Source: Gemmatimonadales bacterium
Lineage (GTDB): Bacteria; Gemmatimonadota; Gemmatimonadetes; Gemmatimonadales; GWC2-71-9
DNA: 64,000 bases
Reading direction: 5' to 3'
Assembly (NCBI GenBank): GCA_038321865.1
Contig: JBBQFH010000001.1
Span: 160,001 to 224,000 of the forward strand
The translations under genes were made by a program, and so were the position numbers. A model generated the notes under the pieces. It did no database searches, was not told the DNA's origin, and saw nothing but the letters and a program-made list of their open reading frames with translations. Positions 10,875 through 19,993 of this stretch are shown piece after piece; the stretch's first letter is position 1, and each line of letters starts with the position of its first letter.

Positions 10875-13537
10875 GCGGCCCCTACGTGCAGCCGCTGGTC
10901 TACTTCTTCGGCCAGGGCCGCGCGGACGGAACCGCCGCCATGAAGGAGATTCTCGGCGGCAAGGGCGCCGGGCTGGCCGAGATGACGACCATCGGCATCC
11001 CGGTGCCGCCGGGGTTCACCATCGCCAGCACGCTGTGCCTCACCTATCTGGAGAGCGGGCAGTTTCCCCTCCGTCTCCGGACGCAGGTGGAAAACAGCCT
11101 GCAGCGGCTCGAGGGTGCGACCGGCAAGCACTTCGGAGCCGGCGCCAACCCGCTCCTGGTGTCGGTGCGTTCGGGTGCGGCGGTATCGATGCCGGGGATG
11201 ATGGAAACGATTCTCAATCTTGGACTCAACGACGACACGGTCAAAGGTCTCGCGGCCCAGAGCGGAAACCCGCAATTCGCCTGGGACTCCTACCGCCGGT
11301 TCGTACAGATGTACGCCAGCGTCGTCTTCGAGCTGCCCAAAAAGCCGTTCGATGCGATGATCGAGGCACGGAAGACGCGCTGCGGCGTCCAGCGCGACAT
11401 CGACCTGCCGGTGGAGGAGCTGCAGGCGCTCGTGGCTGACTACAAGACGCTGGTTCGGACCGGGCAGGGGAAGGACTTTCCCGATGAACCGCTCGACCAG
11501 CTCTGGGGCGCGATCGCCGCGGTGTTCCACAGCTGGAATACCCGGCGCGCCATCGATTACCGGAAGCTGCACGACATCCCCGATTCCATGGGGACGGCGG
11601 TGACCGTCGTTGCGATGGTCTTTGGAAACATTGGTGAGGATTCCGGCACCGGCGTGACCTTCAGCCGCGATCCGTCGACCGGCGAGCGTGTCCTCTACGG
11701 CGAGTACCTGCTGAACGCCCAGGGCGAGGATGTCGTCTCCGGCGTGCGAACCCCGGTGCCGATCAGCCGGATGAAGGACTCCATGCCCGAGGCCTACGCC
11801 GAGCTGGAGCGCACGGCGCGCACGCTCGAGCGGCATTTTCGCGACGTGCAGGATATGGAGTTCACCATCGAGCACGGCAAGCTGTACATGCTGCAGACCC
11901 GCCGCGGCCAGCGATCGGGTCACGCGGCGGTTCGTATCGCCTGCGAGATGGTGGACGAGGGCCTGATCACCGAGGAAGAGGCGATCGCCCGGGTGCCGCC
12001 GAATGACCTCAATCAGCTGCTGCATCCCACGATCGACCAGAAGAGTCACCTCGACCTGCTGACGACCGGACTGCCGGCCTCACCGGGTGCCGCCAGCGGC
12101 GCCATCGTCTTCACCGCTGACCGCGCCGAGGCGCTGGCCCAGGCCGGCGACGCCGTGATTCTGGTCAGACGGGAAACCTCGCCCGAGGACTTTCACGGCA
12201 TGGTCGCCGCGAAGGCGGTCCTGACCGCGCGCGGCGGTATGACGTCGCACGCGGCCGTAGTGGCGCGTGGGATGGGCAAGCCCTGCGTGGCCGGTGCCCA
12301 GGACATGCATGTCGACGAGGAGGCGGGCTGCATCCGGGTGAGCGGACGCGAGCTCATGGAGGGCGAATGGATCACGGTGGACGGCAGCTCGGGCCGGGTG
12401 TTCGCCGGCCAGGCTGCCCTGGTGCCGCCGGAGCTGGGTGCCGATTTCACACGACTGCTGCACTGGGCGGACCGGGTGCGCCACCTGCGCGTCCGGGTGA
12501 ATGCCGACACGCCGGCCGACGCGCACCGAGGCCGTGATTTCGGCGCGGAAGGCATCGGGCTCTGTCGCACGGAGCACATGTTCTTCGAGGGTGACCGGCT
12601 CAGCGCCATGCGGGAGATGATCATCGCCGGAGACACCGAGGGGCGGAAGCAGGCTCTGGCCAAGCTGCTCCCGATGCAGCGCAGCGACTTCGAGGCGATC
12701 TTTCGCGCGATGGACGGGTTCCCGGTCACGATCCGGCTACTCGACCCGCCCCTGCACGAGTTCCTTCCGCACGAGCCGGCCGAGGTCGAGGCGCTCGCCC
12801 TGGAGATGAAGATCAAGCCGGCCGAGCTGCAGCGGATTGTCAACGGGCTCACCGAGGTCAACCCGATGCTCGGGCTCCGTGGCTGCCGCCTGGGGATTCT
12901 GTACCCGGAAATCACCGCGATGCAGGTACGCGCGATCTTCGAAGCGGCATGCACGGTGGCCGCCCGCAAGGTCCGGGTCATGCCCGAAGTCATGGTCCCG
13001 CTGACGGCGGGCGTGACGGAGTTCCGGAAGCAGGCGTTGATTGTCCGCCAGGTCTCCTCGGAGGTCTTCGGGGAGCGGCAGATGACGGTGCCCTTCGTCC
13101 TCGGCACCATGATCGAGTTGCCGCGCGCCGCGCTCACGGCCGACGAGATCGCCCGGGAGGCGCAGTTCTTCTCCTTCGGCACCAACGACCTGACCCAGAC
13201 CACCTGGGGACTGTCGCGGGATGATGCCGGACGGTTTCTGCCATTCTACCTCGAGAACGGCATCATCGAGGACGACCCCTTCCAGGTGCTCGACCGCGCC
13301 GGCGTCGGCAAGCTCATCGCCATGGCCTGCGAGCTCGGGCGCCGGACCCGGCCGGACCTCAAGCTGGGCATTTGCGGGGAGCACGGGGGAGAGCCCGCGT
13401 CGGTGGCATTCTGCGATGAGCTGGGAATGAATTACGTTTCATGCTCGCCGTACCGGGTCCCCATCGCCCGGCTGGCCGCCGCTCAGTCCGCACTGGCGGA
13501 GCGTGGCACGATGGATCGTACCCGTTCGACCGTCTAG
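10871..13537 (+). CDS. ppdK: pyruvate, phosphate dikinase
   Basis: LGGKGAGLAEM, SVRSGA..SMPGMM, GGMTSHAAVVAR, GLCRTEHMFF, FSFGTNDLTQ; GTGA overlap with purF. Confidence 0.97.
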   Translation: MSGPYVQPLVYFFGQGRADGTAAMKEILGGKGAGLAEMTTIGIPVPPGFTIASTLCLTYLESGQFPLRLRTQVENSLQRLEGATGKHFGAGANPLLVSVRSGAAVSMPGMMETILNLGLNDDTVKGLAAQSGNPQFAWDSYRRFVQMYASVVFELPKKPFDAMIEARKTRCGVQRDIDLPVEELQALVADYKTLVRTGQGKDFPDEPLDQLWGAIAAVFHSWNTRRAIDYRKLHDIPDSMGTAVTVVAMVFGNIGEDSGTGVTFSRDPSTGERVLYGEYLLNAQGEDVVSGVRTPVPISRMKDSMPEAYAELERTARTLERHFRDVQDMEFTIEHGKLYMLQTRRGQRSGHAAVRIACEMVDEGLITEEEAIARVPPNDLNQLLHPTIDQKSHLDLLTTGLPASPGAASGAIVFTADRAEALAQAGDAVILVRRETSPEDFHGMVAAKAVLTARGGMTSHAAVVARGMGKPCVAGAQDMHVDEEAGCIRVSGRELMEGEWITVDGSSGRVFAGQAALVPPELGADFTRLLHWADRVRHLRVRVNADTPADAHRGRDFGAEGIGLCRTEHMFFEGDRLSAMREMIIAGDTEGRKQALAKLLPMQRSDFEAIFRAMDGFPVTIRLLDPPLHEFLPHEPAEVEALALEMKIKPAELQRIVNGLTEVNPMLGLRGCRLGILYPEITAMQVRAIFEAACTVAARKVRVMPEVMVPLTAGVTEFRKQALIVRQVSSEVFGERQMTVPFVLGTMIELPRAALTADEIAREAQFFSFGTNDLTQTTWGLSRDDAGRFLPFYLENGIIEDDPFQVLDRAGVGKLIAMACELGRRTRPDLKLGICGEHGGEPASVAFCDELGMNYVSCSPYRVPIARLAAAQSALAERGTMDRTRSTV

Positions 13538-13541
13538 CGTT

Positions 13542-13571
13542 TTGTTCGTGGGCAATTTCGTATTCCACCTT
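13542..13571 (+). promoter_or_regulatory. possible promoter of the lipoprotein gene
   Basis: TTGTTC-18 nt-CACCTT in an AT-rich gap; GGGAG RBS at 13576-13580. Confidence 0.3.
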
Positions 13572-13586
13572 AGTAGGGAGTTTCGA

Positions 13587-14276
13587 ATGCGTTTCAAGGC
13601 ACTTGCTCTGATCTCATCCCTCGCGGTCGTGGCCGCGTGCGGATCCGACAACGGCCCCGGCGGCGGCACGACCCTCACGACCCAGGAGACCGCGGCCCTC
13701 ACGGCGGCGCTCACGGCCAATGGCGCACTGGGTGGCGAGGCGGCCGCATTCGCGCCGTTTGCGCTGTCGCAGCTCCACGAGTCAGGCAGCTTCGCCGGTT
13801 ACGACGCCGTCGGCGTTCAGGTGAACTACACCGTGACCGCCGCGGGTAACACCATCAGTGGCGTCCTGTCGAGCGTCGTCGGCTGGGACGGCCTCAACAC
13901 GTCGGCGAATACCGTTGACCACATCCTCGCGGCGTCGAGCTTCTCGACGGGCGGCACCTTTCCCTCCACGGTCGCCGGCACATTCGGATCCACCGGCGTC
14001 GTCGGCTCCTACTACGAGCGCTCGACCGCCTCGAACTACGTGGCCACGACCGGTACGTTCAATGTGACCAGCGCGACGTTCGGCAGCGGCACCACCAATT
14101 GCAACTCGAGCGCCGGCGGCATCACCGTGACGTGCAGCTACACCACCGGCACGATGGCGGGCAGCCTGGGCTTCACGGCCAACCGCCTGAACGGGACGGG
14201 TGCGGCGACCTTTAATCAGTCCTCGCAGAATTTCGATCTTCCGGCCGTCCGGCTGACGATCACCATTTCGCAGTAG
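13587..14276 (+). CDS. Ser/Thr/Gly-rich lipoprotein of unknown function
   Basis: [18 protein letters not shown] lipobox; GGGAG RBS; GC-ending codons. Confidence 0.85.
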   Translation: MRFKALALISSLAVVAACGSDNGPGGGTTLTTQETAALTAALTANGALGGEAAAFAPFALSQLHESGSFAGYDAVGVQVNYTVTAAGNTISGVLSSVVGWDGLNTSANTVDHILAASSFSTGGTFPSTVAGTFGSTGVVGSYYERSTASNYVATTGTFNVTSATFGSGTTNCNSSAGGITVTCSYTTGTMAGSLGFTANRLNGTGAATFNQSSQNFDLPAVRLTITISQ

Positions 14277-14282
14277 GCTTCG

Positions 14283-14319
14283 GGGCCGCCGGTCCGATGC
14301 GGTATCGGGCCGGCGACCC
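14283..14319 (+). terminator. GC-rich hairpin after the lipoprotein gene
   Basis: gggccgccggtccgatg / tatcgggccggcgaccc stem; weak U tail. Confidence 0.5.
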
Positions 14320-14379
14320 AGCTGTTTCCGGCGCTGCTGCCCGTCGCCGGCCGCCACCCATCGCCGTCGGAGCTCGCGG

Positions 14380-14868
14380 ATGACCGTTCCCCTCGTCGGC
14401 GTTGTGATGGGCAGCGAATCGGACTGGGAAGTGATGCAGCACGCCGCGCGACAACTGACCGCACTCGAAGTGCCCCACGAGCGACGCGTCGTCTCCGCCC
14501 ACCGCACCCCCGACCTGCTTTTCGAGTACGCCGCGGCGGCAGCGAGCCGTGGGCTTCGCTGCATCATCGCCGGCGCAGGCGGTGCCGCCCATCTACCAGG
14601 CATGCTGGCAGCCAAGACCTCGCTCCCGGTGCTCGGGGTTCCGGTTCCGAGTCATCATCTCCAGGGACTCGACTCGCTGCTTTCGATCGTGCAAATGCCG
14701 CGCGGAGTACCAGTCGCCACGTTCGCCATTGGCGAGGCAGGCGCGGTCAATGCAGCGCTGTTCGCCGCGGCCATGATCGCCACCGGCGATCCCGCCCTCG
14801 CCGCGCGCCTCGACGGCTTTCGCGTGGCCCAGCGCGATCGCGTCCTCGGCCTGTCCCTCCCCGGATGA
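14380..14868 (+). CDS. purE: N5-CAIR mutase
   Basis: [30 protein letters not shown]. Confidence 0.97.
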   Translation: MTVPLVGVVMGSESDWEVMQHAARQLTALEVPHERRVVSAHRTPDLLFEYAAAAASRGLRCIIAGAGGAAHLPGMLAAKTSLPVLGVPVPSHHLQGLDSLLSIVQMPRGVPVATFAIGEAGAVNAALFAAAMIATGDPALAARLDGFRVAQRDRVLGLSLPG

Positions 14869-15995
14869 TCCTGCCCGGCGCCACGCTGGGAATCGTCGGT
14901 GGCGGCCAGCTCGGGCGGATGTTCACCATCCGGGCCCGCACGATGGGGTATCGCGTCGTCGTGCTCGATCCCGACCCTCGCAGCCCTGCCGGCAGCATCG
15001 CGGATCGACAGATCGAAGCGGCCTACGACGATCCGGGCGCGCTCGCGGAGCTGGCGGAGTGCTGCCAGGCAATCACCACGGAATTCGAGAACGTCTCCGC
15101 CGATGCGCTCGATCGCCTCGGGGAGAGCCGCCCGGTGCGGCCTGCCGGCCGCGCGGTCGCGATCGTGCAGGATCGTATCGCCGAAAAGACCCATCTGGCC
15201 GAAGCCGGGTTCCGCACCGCCCCGTTTCGGCCGATTCGATCCGACGCGGAGTTGGCGGCGGCCGCCCTGGCCGTGAGCATGCCCGCCATCCTCAAGACCG
15301 CCCGTCTGGGGTACGACGGCAAGGGCCAGATCCCGGTCACGAGCGTCGCCGAGCTCGCCGCCGGATGGGCTGCACTTGGGCGGCGGCCGTGCGTACTGGA
15401 GCGCCGGCTGCCGCTCGAGCTCGAGCTGTCCGTCGTACTGGCGCGCGGGATCGACGGCGCGGTGGTCGCCTTCCCGGTCGCCGAGAATCGCCATCGGGAC
15501 GGCGTTCTCGACACGACGGTAGTGCCCGCCCGCGTGCCCCCCGAGACGGCCCTGAAAGCCCGCGACCTGGCCTGTGCCATCGCGGCGTCACTGGATTACG
15601 TCGGGGTGCTAGCGGTCGAGTTGTTCGTGGCCGAGGGCGGCGAGCTGTTTGTGAACGAGGTCGCGCCGCGCCCGCACAACAGCGGGCACTACACCTTGGA
15701 CGCCTGCGGTGTGGATCAGTTCGAGCAGCAGGTCCGCGCGCTCTGTGGGCTGCCCCTGGGTCGGCCGGTGTTGCTCTCGCCGGTGGCGATGGCCAACCTG
15801 CTGGGGGACCTCTGGGCGGACGGCGTGCCCCATTGGGAACGGGCCCTCGCGCTGCCAGGGGTCCGGCTGCACCTCTATGGAAAATCCGAGGCGCGCGCGG
15901 GCCGAAAGATGGGCCATCTCAATTGCCTCGCTGCGAGCGCGGATGCCGCCCTCGAGCTGGCGATCGCCGCACGGAAGGCGCTTACTGGCCCCTGA
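14865..15995 (+). CDS. purK: N5-CAIR synthetase
   Basis: [40 protein letters not shown]. Confidence 0.97.
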   Translation: MILPGATLGIVGGGQLGRMFTIRARTMGYRVVVLDPDPRSPAGSIADRQIEAAYDDPGALAELAECCQAITTEFENVSADALDRLGESRPVRPAGRAVAIVQDRIAEKTHLAEAGFRTAPFRPIRSDAELAAAALAVSMPAILKTARLGYDGKGQIPVTSVAELAAGWAALGRRPCVLERRLPLELELSVVLARGIDGAVVAFPVAENRHRDGVLDTTVVPARVPPETALKARDLACAIAASLDYVGVLAVELFVAEGGELFVNEVAPRPHNSGHYTLDACGVDQFEQQVRALCGLPLGRPVLLSPVAMANLLGDLWADGVPHWERALALPGVRLHLYGKSEARAGRKMGHLNCLAASADAALELAIAARKALTGP

Positions 15996-16155
15996 GAGGT
16001 CGACCCGACAAATCACGCGAGATCTTAGAGTGTAAGTAGTTCACTGTTGGACAGTTATGGTGAACCATGAACAGGCTTCGTCGCCGTAGATTTCGCCGAT
16101 TCCGGTGCTGTTCAAGGTTTGCCCCTGCCCTTCAGCCCTCGGCACCGGCCACAAG

Positions 16156-16191
16156 CGAAAGCGGCGCCCCACTCATGGGACGCCGCTTTCG
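16156..16191 (-). terminator. hairpin terminator downstream of tmRNA, possibly bidirectional
   Basis: cgaaagcggcgcccc / gggacgccgctttcg inverted repeat immediately after the tmRNA 3' end. Confidence 0.75.
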
Positions 16192-16195
16192 TCGA

Positions 16196-16555
16196 TGGAG
16201 GCGCAGGGAATCGAACCCTGGTCCGAATCAGTTTCCAGAACTGCGTCTACGTGCGTAGGCCCGACTTCTTGCCGTCGCCCTGGCCCGGTATCGGACCAAC
16301 CTCTCCAGGGTCTATCTCCTGAATCTCACCGATCGCGCCGGAGCGACACGACCAGCCAGCCCAGATTTTCGATTCGACGGCAGCGCCCCGGGCGGGCTCC
16401 AACCGTCGAAGGTGCGAGAAGCGAGCTTAGCTCAGCTTACGCAGCCATTGCCAGTTCAGTATTGGCAGTTGGATCTTTCCAGGGTGTTTTACCAGGGTCC
16501 TGGACCTGGGCACGCTGCAATCCCTTCTTCTAACCCGTCGAAGCCAGTCGCCCCC
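16196..16555 (-). ncRNA. ssrA: tmRNA, tag peptide (A)ANTELAMAA*
   Basis: 5' GGGGGCGACTGGCTTCGAC pairs with 3' CGCCTCCA (G3-U wobble); T-arm CAGGGTTCGATTCCCTG; internal frame GCC AAT ACT GAA CTG GCA ATG GCT GCG TAA; 3' CCA tail not encoded. Confidence 0.97.
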
Positions 16556-16565
16556 GGGTGCCTCA

Positions 16566-16571
16566 AATATA
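16566..16571 (-). promoter_or_regulatory. -10 element for ssrA
   Basis: TATATT 10 nt upstream of the mature tmRNA 5' end. Confidence 0.6.
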
Positions 16572-16590
16572 CCCTCCCGCCCCTGCCCCA

Positions 16591-18012
16591 TCAACCGGCC
16601 GAGGAGGCCCCCGACACCTCGACCCGGTTCCGTCCGCTGCTCTTGGCCACGTACAGGGCGGCGTCTGCCTGCCCAGGCAGGTTCTCCAGCCGACGGCTGG
16701 TCTCCGGGCAGGCCGACACCCCGAACGACGCGCTGAGCGGCCAGGAGCGCCCCTGCCAGTCCCATGCCGTGGTGCTGAGCTTGACCTTGAGCCGCTCGGC
16801 GATCCTGACCCCCACCTCCAGCGTCGCGCCGGGCAGCCACACGGCGAACTCCTCGCCGCCCATGCGCGCACCGACATCGGCGCTCCGGATCTGTTCGCGA
16901 ATCAGCCGGGCGAAATGGACCAGTGCCGCGTCGCCGGCCGGGTGGCCAAGCGCATCGTTGAGACTCTTGAATCGGTCGAAATCGGCGTAGACCAGCGCAC
17001 CTGCCGTGACGCTGTGCTGCGCCAGCGCGGCTTCGAGGGCCCGCCGATTGGACAACCCGGTGAGCGGATCGACGAACGTCGTTTCCCGAAGCCCTTGCAC
17101 GTCGATCGCCCGGGCAATGCGCGGGGCCGCGTTGGCAATGGCCTCGGTGATTTCGGCGAGGGCTGCGCCGGCGGGCTCCCGGCCATCGGGCAGCCAGAGG
17201 ACCGCCGCACCAACGGACTGGCGGCCGGCCCGCAGCGGCAGCAGCAGCACGGCCTGAGTCCGCTGCCGGCGGTCCGCCGTCGCGCCACCCATGAAGTCTC
17301 CATCGCCCAGCTGGCGATCGGCCCCCCGCGCCACCCGGTCGAGCAGGCTGTCGGGCAACGCGTAGCTGTCGAGCAGGCGCCGGTCGGCCCGCCCGGAAGC
17401 GCCGACAACCTTGACCCCCGACGGCTCGAGGGCCGCCACTACCACTTCGGCACCGGTGACTCGCTCGAGGTGGTAGGCCAAACGCAGCCCGACGCTTCCG
17501 ACCGTCTCGAGCGAGGCCTCGTCGCTCTGCGCCTGGGCGAGCGCGACGATATGCGGACGCCGACGCACGCCGTCGAGCAGCTGCCGGACATCGGCTTCCG
17601 CCTGCGGCAGCGCGGCCGGGCCGTGGCCTTCCGGCAGCAGCATGGCGACGGCGACGCCCTGCACCCCATGATAAACCAGCGTGCCGCTCGCCATCCGCTC
17701 CGCGCCGGCCTGCTCCTGGTCGCGCGCGCGCTCCAGCCGCCGGTCCACCGCCATGATTTCCGCGACGCTGAGCCGCTCCGCGTCCACGACCCGTTCGTTG
17801 CTCGGCCCTTCCTCGTCGTCGCGAAGCTCGCTCACCCAGATGCCGATCGCGGCGTTCGCCCGCATCAGCCAGCGAAGCGCAGGATCGGGCAGCAGGTGTG
17901 CACCGACGCCCGCGGCACTCGACGGGCGGCCCGTCCGCCCTCCTCGGAGCAGCCAGCCCGCCGCCGCCCCGGCCACCAGCCCGAGCGCGAGCCCGGCTAC
18001 TCCCTGAGCCAT
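16591..18012 (-). CDS. diguanylate cyclase with N-terminal membrane anchor and GAF-like region
   Basis: DPLTGLSNRR, DFDRFKSLND..GH..GD, RSAD I-site, GGEEF, AKSSGRNR; start taken at MAQGVAGLAL. Confidence 0.92.
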   Translation of the reverse strand: MAQGVAGLALGLVAGAAAGWLLRGGRTGRPSSAAGVGAHLLPDPALRWLMRANAAIGIWVSELRDDEEGPSNERVVDAERLSVAEIMAVDRRLERARDQEQAGAERMASGTLVYHGVQGVAVAMLLPEGHGPAALPQAEADVRQLLDGVRRRPHIVALAQAQSDEASLETVGSVGLRLAYHLERVTGAEVVVAALEPSGVKVVGASGRADRRLLDSYALPDSLLDRVARGADRQLGDGDFMGGATADRRQRTQAVLLLPLRAGRQSVGAAVLWLPDGREPAGAALAEITEAIANAAPRIARAIDVQGLRETTFVDPLTGLSNRRALEAALAQHSVTAGALVYADFDRFKSLNDALGHPAGDAALVHFARLIREQIRSADVGARMGGEEFAVWLPGATLEVGVRIAERLKVKLSTTAWDWQGRSWPLSASFGVSACPETSRRLENLPGQADAALYVAKSSGRNRVEVSGASSAG

Positions 18013-18935
18013 CCCCGCCGCCGGAACCAGATGAAGATGACGAACGTGACCACCGCCATGAGCAGCAGGACGCCCGGATAACCCCACCGGTGGCGGAGCT
18101 CCGGCATGAACTGGAAGTTCATGCCGTAGACGCCGACGATGAACGTCAACGGCATGAAAAAGACCGAGAACACCGTCAGCACGCGCACCGTCTGGTTGGT
18201 GCGGTGCGACGCCAGCCCGAGCTGGAGATGCAGCAGATTGTTTGCGTCGTCGAGGAGCTCGTCGGCGTAGAGGTGCATATTCTCGACATTTTCCCGGAGA
18301 TCCTGGTACAGCGGCGCCGACGGCTCGGAGGCGGGCACCAGCTTGACCACCGCGCTCAGGGTGTGCCAGAGCAGCCGTTTCAGCACCGAGATCCGGTGCT
18401 TCAGCTCGTGGATCTGGCGCAGCACCGGCACGATGTCGTCATGGCCGAACAGCGTGTCCTCGTAACGATCCAGCGCCTGCTCCGCCTCGTCGAGCGGCGG
18501 CCCGAAGGTGTCGACCGCCGCGTTCGCCAGGTCGATGAGGATTTGCGCCGCGAACCCCTGATGTTCGCGCCCGCGGTCGCCCGCGGCCGCGCGCGTGCGG
18601 TACTCATCACGCAGCGCCGCGAGGTACGGCTGATCCTTGCGGTGAATAGTGATGAGAAATCCCGGGCCGCAGAAGATCGCGACCTTCCGGGTCAGGTTCT
18701 GCACCGAGCAGGCGTCGGCCGGCGCGGCGACATCGTACGAGCGCACGATCATGAACGTCGTGTCGCCGACTTTCTCGTACTTGGGCAGATGATCCGGGTC
18801 GAGGCTGTCCTCAACGAGCGTGGGAAAGAGCCGGAACTGGTTCGCGACCTCGCGCAGCTCCTCCCGGCTGGGGTCGATCAGATCGAGCCACTCCAGCTTT
18901 GGCTCCGCCGTGTCGATCACGAGCTGCCGCGTCAT
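17997..18935 (-). CDS. corA: CorA-family divalent cation transporter
   Basis: WLDLIDP; PLTFIVGVYGMNFQFMPEL; two C-terminal TM helices. Confidence 0.93.
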   Translation of the reverse strand: MTRQLVIDTAEPKLEWLDLIDPSREELREVANQFRLFPTLVEDSLDPDHLPKYEKVGDTTFMIVRSYDVAAPADACSVQNLTRKVAIFCGPGFLITIHRKDQPYLAALRDEYRTRAAAGDRGREHQGFAAQILIDLANAAVDTFGPPLDEAEQALDRYEDTLFGHDDIVPVLRQIHELKHRISVLKRLLWHTLSAVVKLVPASEPSAPLYQDLRENVENMHLYADELLDDANNLLHLQLGLASHRTNQTVRVLTVFSVFFMPLTFIVGVYGMNFQFMPELRHRWGYPGVLLLMAVVTFVIFIWFRRRGWLRE

Positions 18936-19915
18936 GCCACCTGCGCGATCGGATCGAGGTAGGCGAGGAAGATGGCCTCGGCCTCCGCGATGGACTCGAT
19001 CTGGAACAGCCGCTGGCGAAGGTCGCTGGCGCCGTGCAACCCCTTGGTATACCAGCCAAGATGCTTGCGGAACTCCATGACGGTCCGGCGTGTATCCCCC
19101 TGCAGACGAATGGCCAGCCGCGCATGCTCGAGCGCCGTGCGGAACCGCTCGGCGGCATCCGGCACGGCGGGCCGGGGCTCACCCGCGAGCAGTGCCTGCG
19201 CATCGCGGAAGATCCAGGGGTTGCCGAACACACCCCGGCCGATCATCGCGCCGGCGCAGCCGGTGTGCTGCCGCATGCGAAGCACGTCCTCGGCCGATTC
19301 GATGTCGCCGTTGCCAATCACCGGAATATCCAGCGCTTCGACCACTCGTGCGATATCGTCCCAACTTGCGCGGCCGGAGAACATTTGCGTCCGGGTGCGG
19401 GCATGGAGCGTGAAGGCACGGGCCCCCGCATCCTGCATCCTAAGCGCGATGCCGACCGGGTCGCGCGTCTCGTCGTTCCAGCCGCTGCGCGTCTTGACGG
19501 TCACGGGCAGATGGGTCGCGCCGGCCACGCTCCGGATGATCCGGCCCACGAGATCCATGTCACGGAGACAGCCGGACCCGCCGTTCCGCTGGACGACCTT
19601 CTTGACCGGGCAGCCGAAGTTGATGTCGATGAACTCCGGCTGATAGTGCTCGCTGATCAGCGCGGCCGCTTCCCCCATCGCCTCCGGATCCGCGCCGTAG
19701 ATCTGAATGCCGATGGGTCGCTCGCACGGCTCGAACTCCGCGCCCTCGAGCGTGGTTCTGATGCGCCGGCGAATCGCCTCGGAGGACAGAAATTCAGAGA
19801 TGACCACATCGGCGCCCATGCGGCGGCAGATCTGGCGGAACGGCGCTTCGGAGACCCCCGCCATCGGCGCGAGGACCAGCGGAAAGACGTGGGCGGACGG
19901 AAAGGGCAACTGCAT
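18932..19915 (-). CDS. dusB: tRNA-dihydrouridine synthase
   Basis: LAPMAGVS, DINFGCPVKKV, PVTVKTRSGW, HARTR, IGNGDI. Confidence 0.93.
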   Translation of the reverse strand: MQLPFPSAHVFPLVLAPMAGVSEAPFRQICRRMGADVVISEFLSSEAIRRRIRTTLEGAEFEPCERPIGIQIYGADPEAMGEAAALISEHYQPEFIDINFGCPVKKVVQRNGGSGCLRDMDLVGRIIRSVAGATHLPVTVKTRSGWNDETRDPVGIALRMQDAGARAFTLHARTRTQMFSGRASWDDIARVVEALDIPVIGNGDIESAEDVLRMRQHTGCAGAMIGRGVFGNPWIFRDAQALLAGEPRPAVPDAAERFRTALEHARLAIRLQGDTRRTVMEFRKHLGWYTKGLHGASDLRQRLFQIESIAEAEAIFLAYLDPIAQVA

Positions 19916-19921
19916 GTCCTG

Positions 19922-19950
19922 AAAATACTTGCCGGTCCGACGGTCGGCAA
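19922..19950 (-). promoter_or_regulatory. sigma70-like promoter, probably leaderless, for dusB
   Basis: TTGCCG-17-TATTTT-6 nt-ATG. Confidence 0.6.
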
Positions 19951-19958
19951 TGGAGCGT

Positions 19959-19988
19959 TTGACACCGGCGGATGAGGCCGCTTACGTT
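19959..19988 (+). promoter_or_regulatory. sigma70-like promoter, probably leaderless, for the PTS IIA gene
   Basis: TTGACA-18-TACGTT-5 nt-ATG; no SD. Confidence 0.6.
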
Positions 19989-19993
19989 GCGCC

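Noticed and set aside
16038..16065. dif-like site (TTATGGTGAAC resembles the XerD arm) at the strand convergence
   Set aside because: The XerC arm lacks the conserved ...ATAA end; only a half match
16196..16230. tRNA-like 3' end
   Set aside because: It is the tRNA-like domain of tmRNA and not a separate tRNA
16067..16990. Small ORFs overlapping 16.1-16.9 kb
   Set aside because: Explained by the tmRNA, its terminator and the cyclase on the opposite strand
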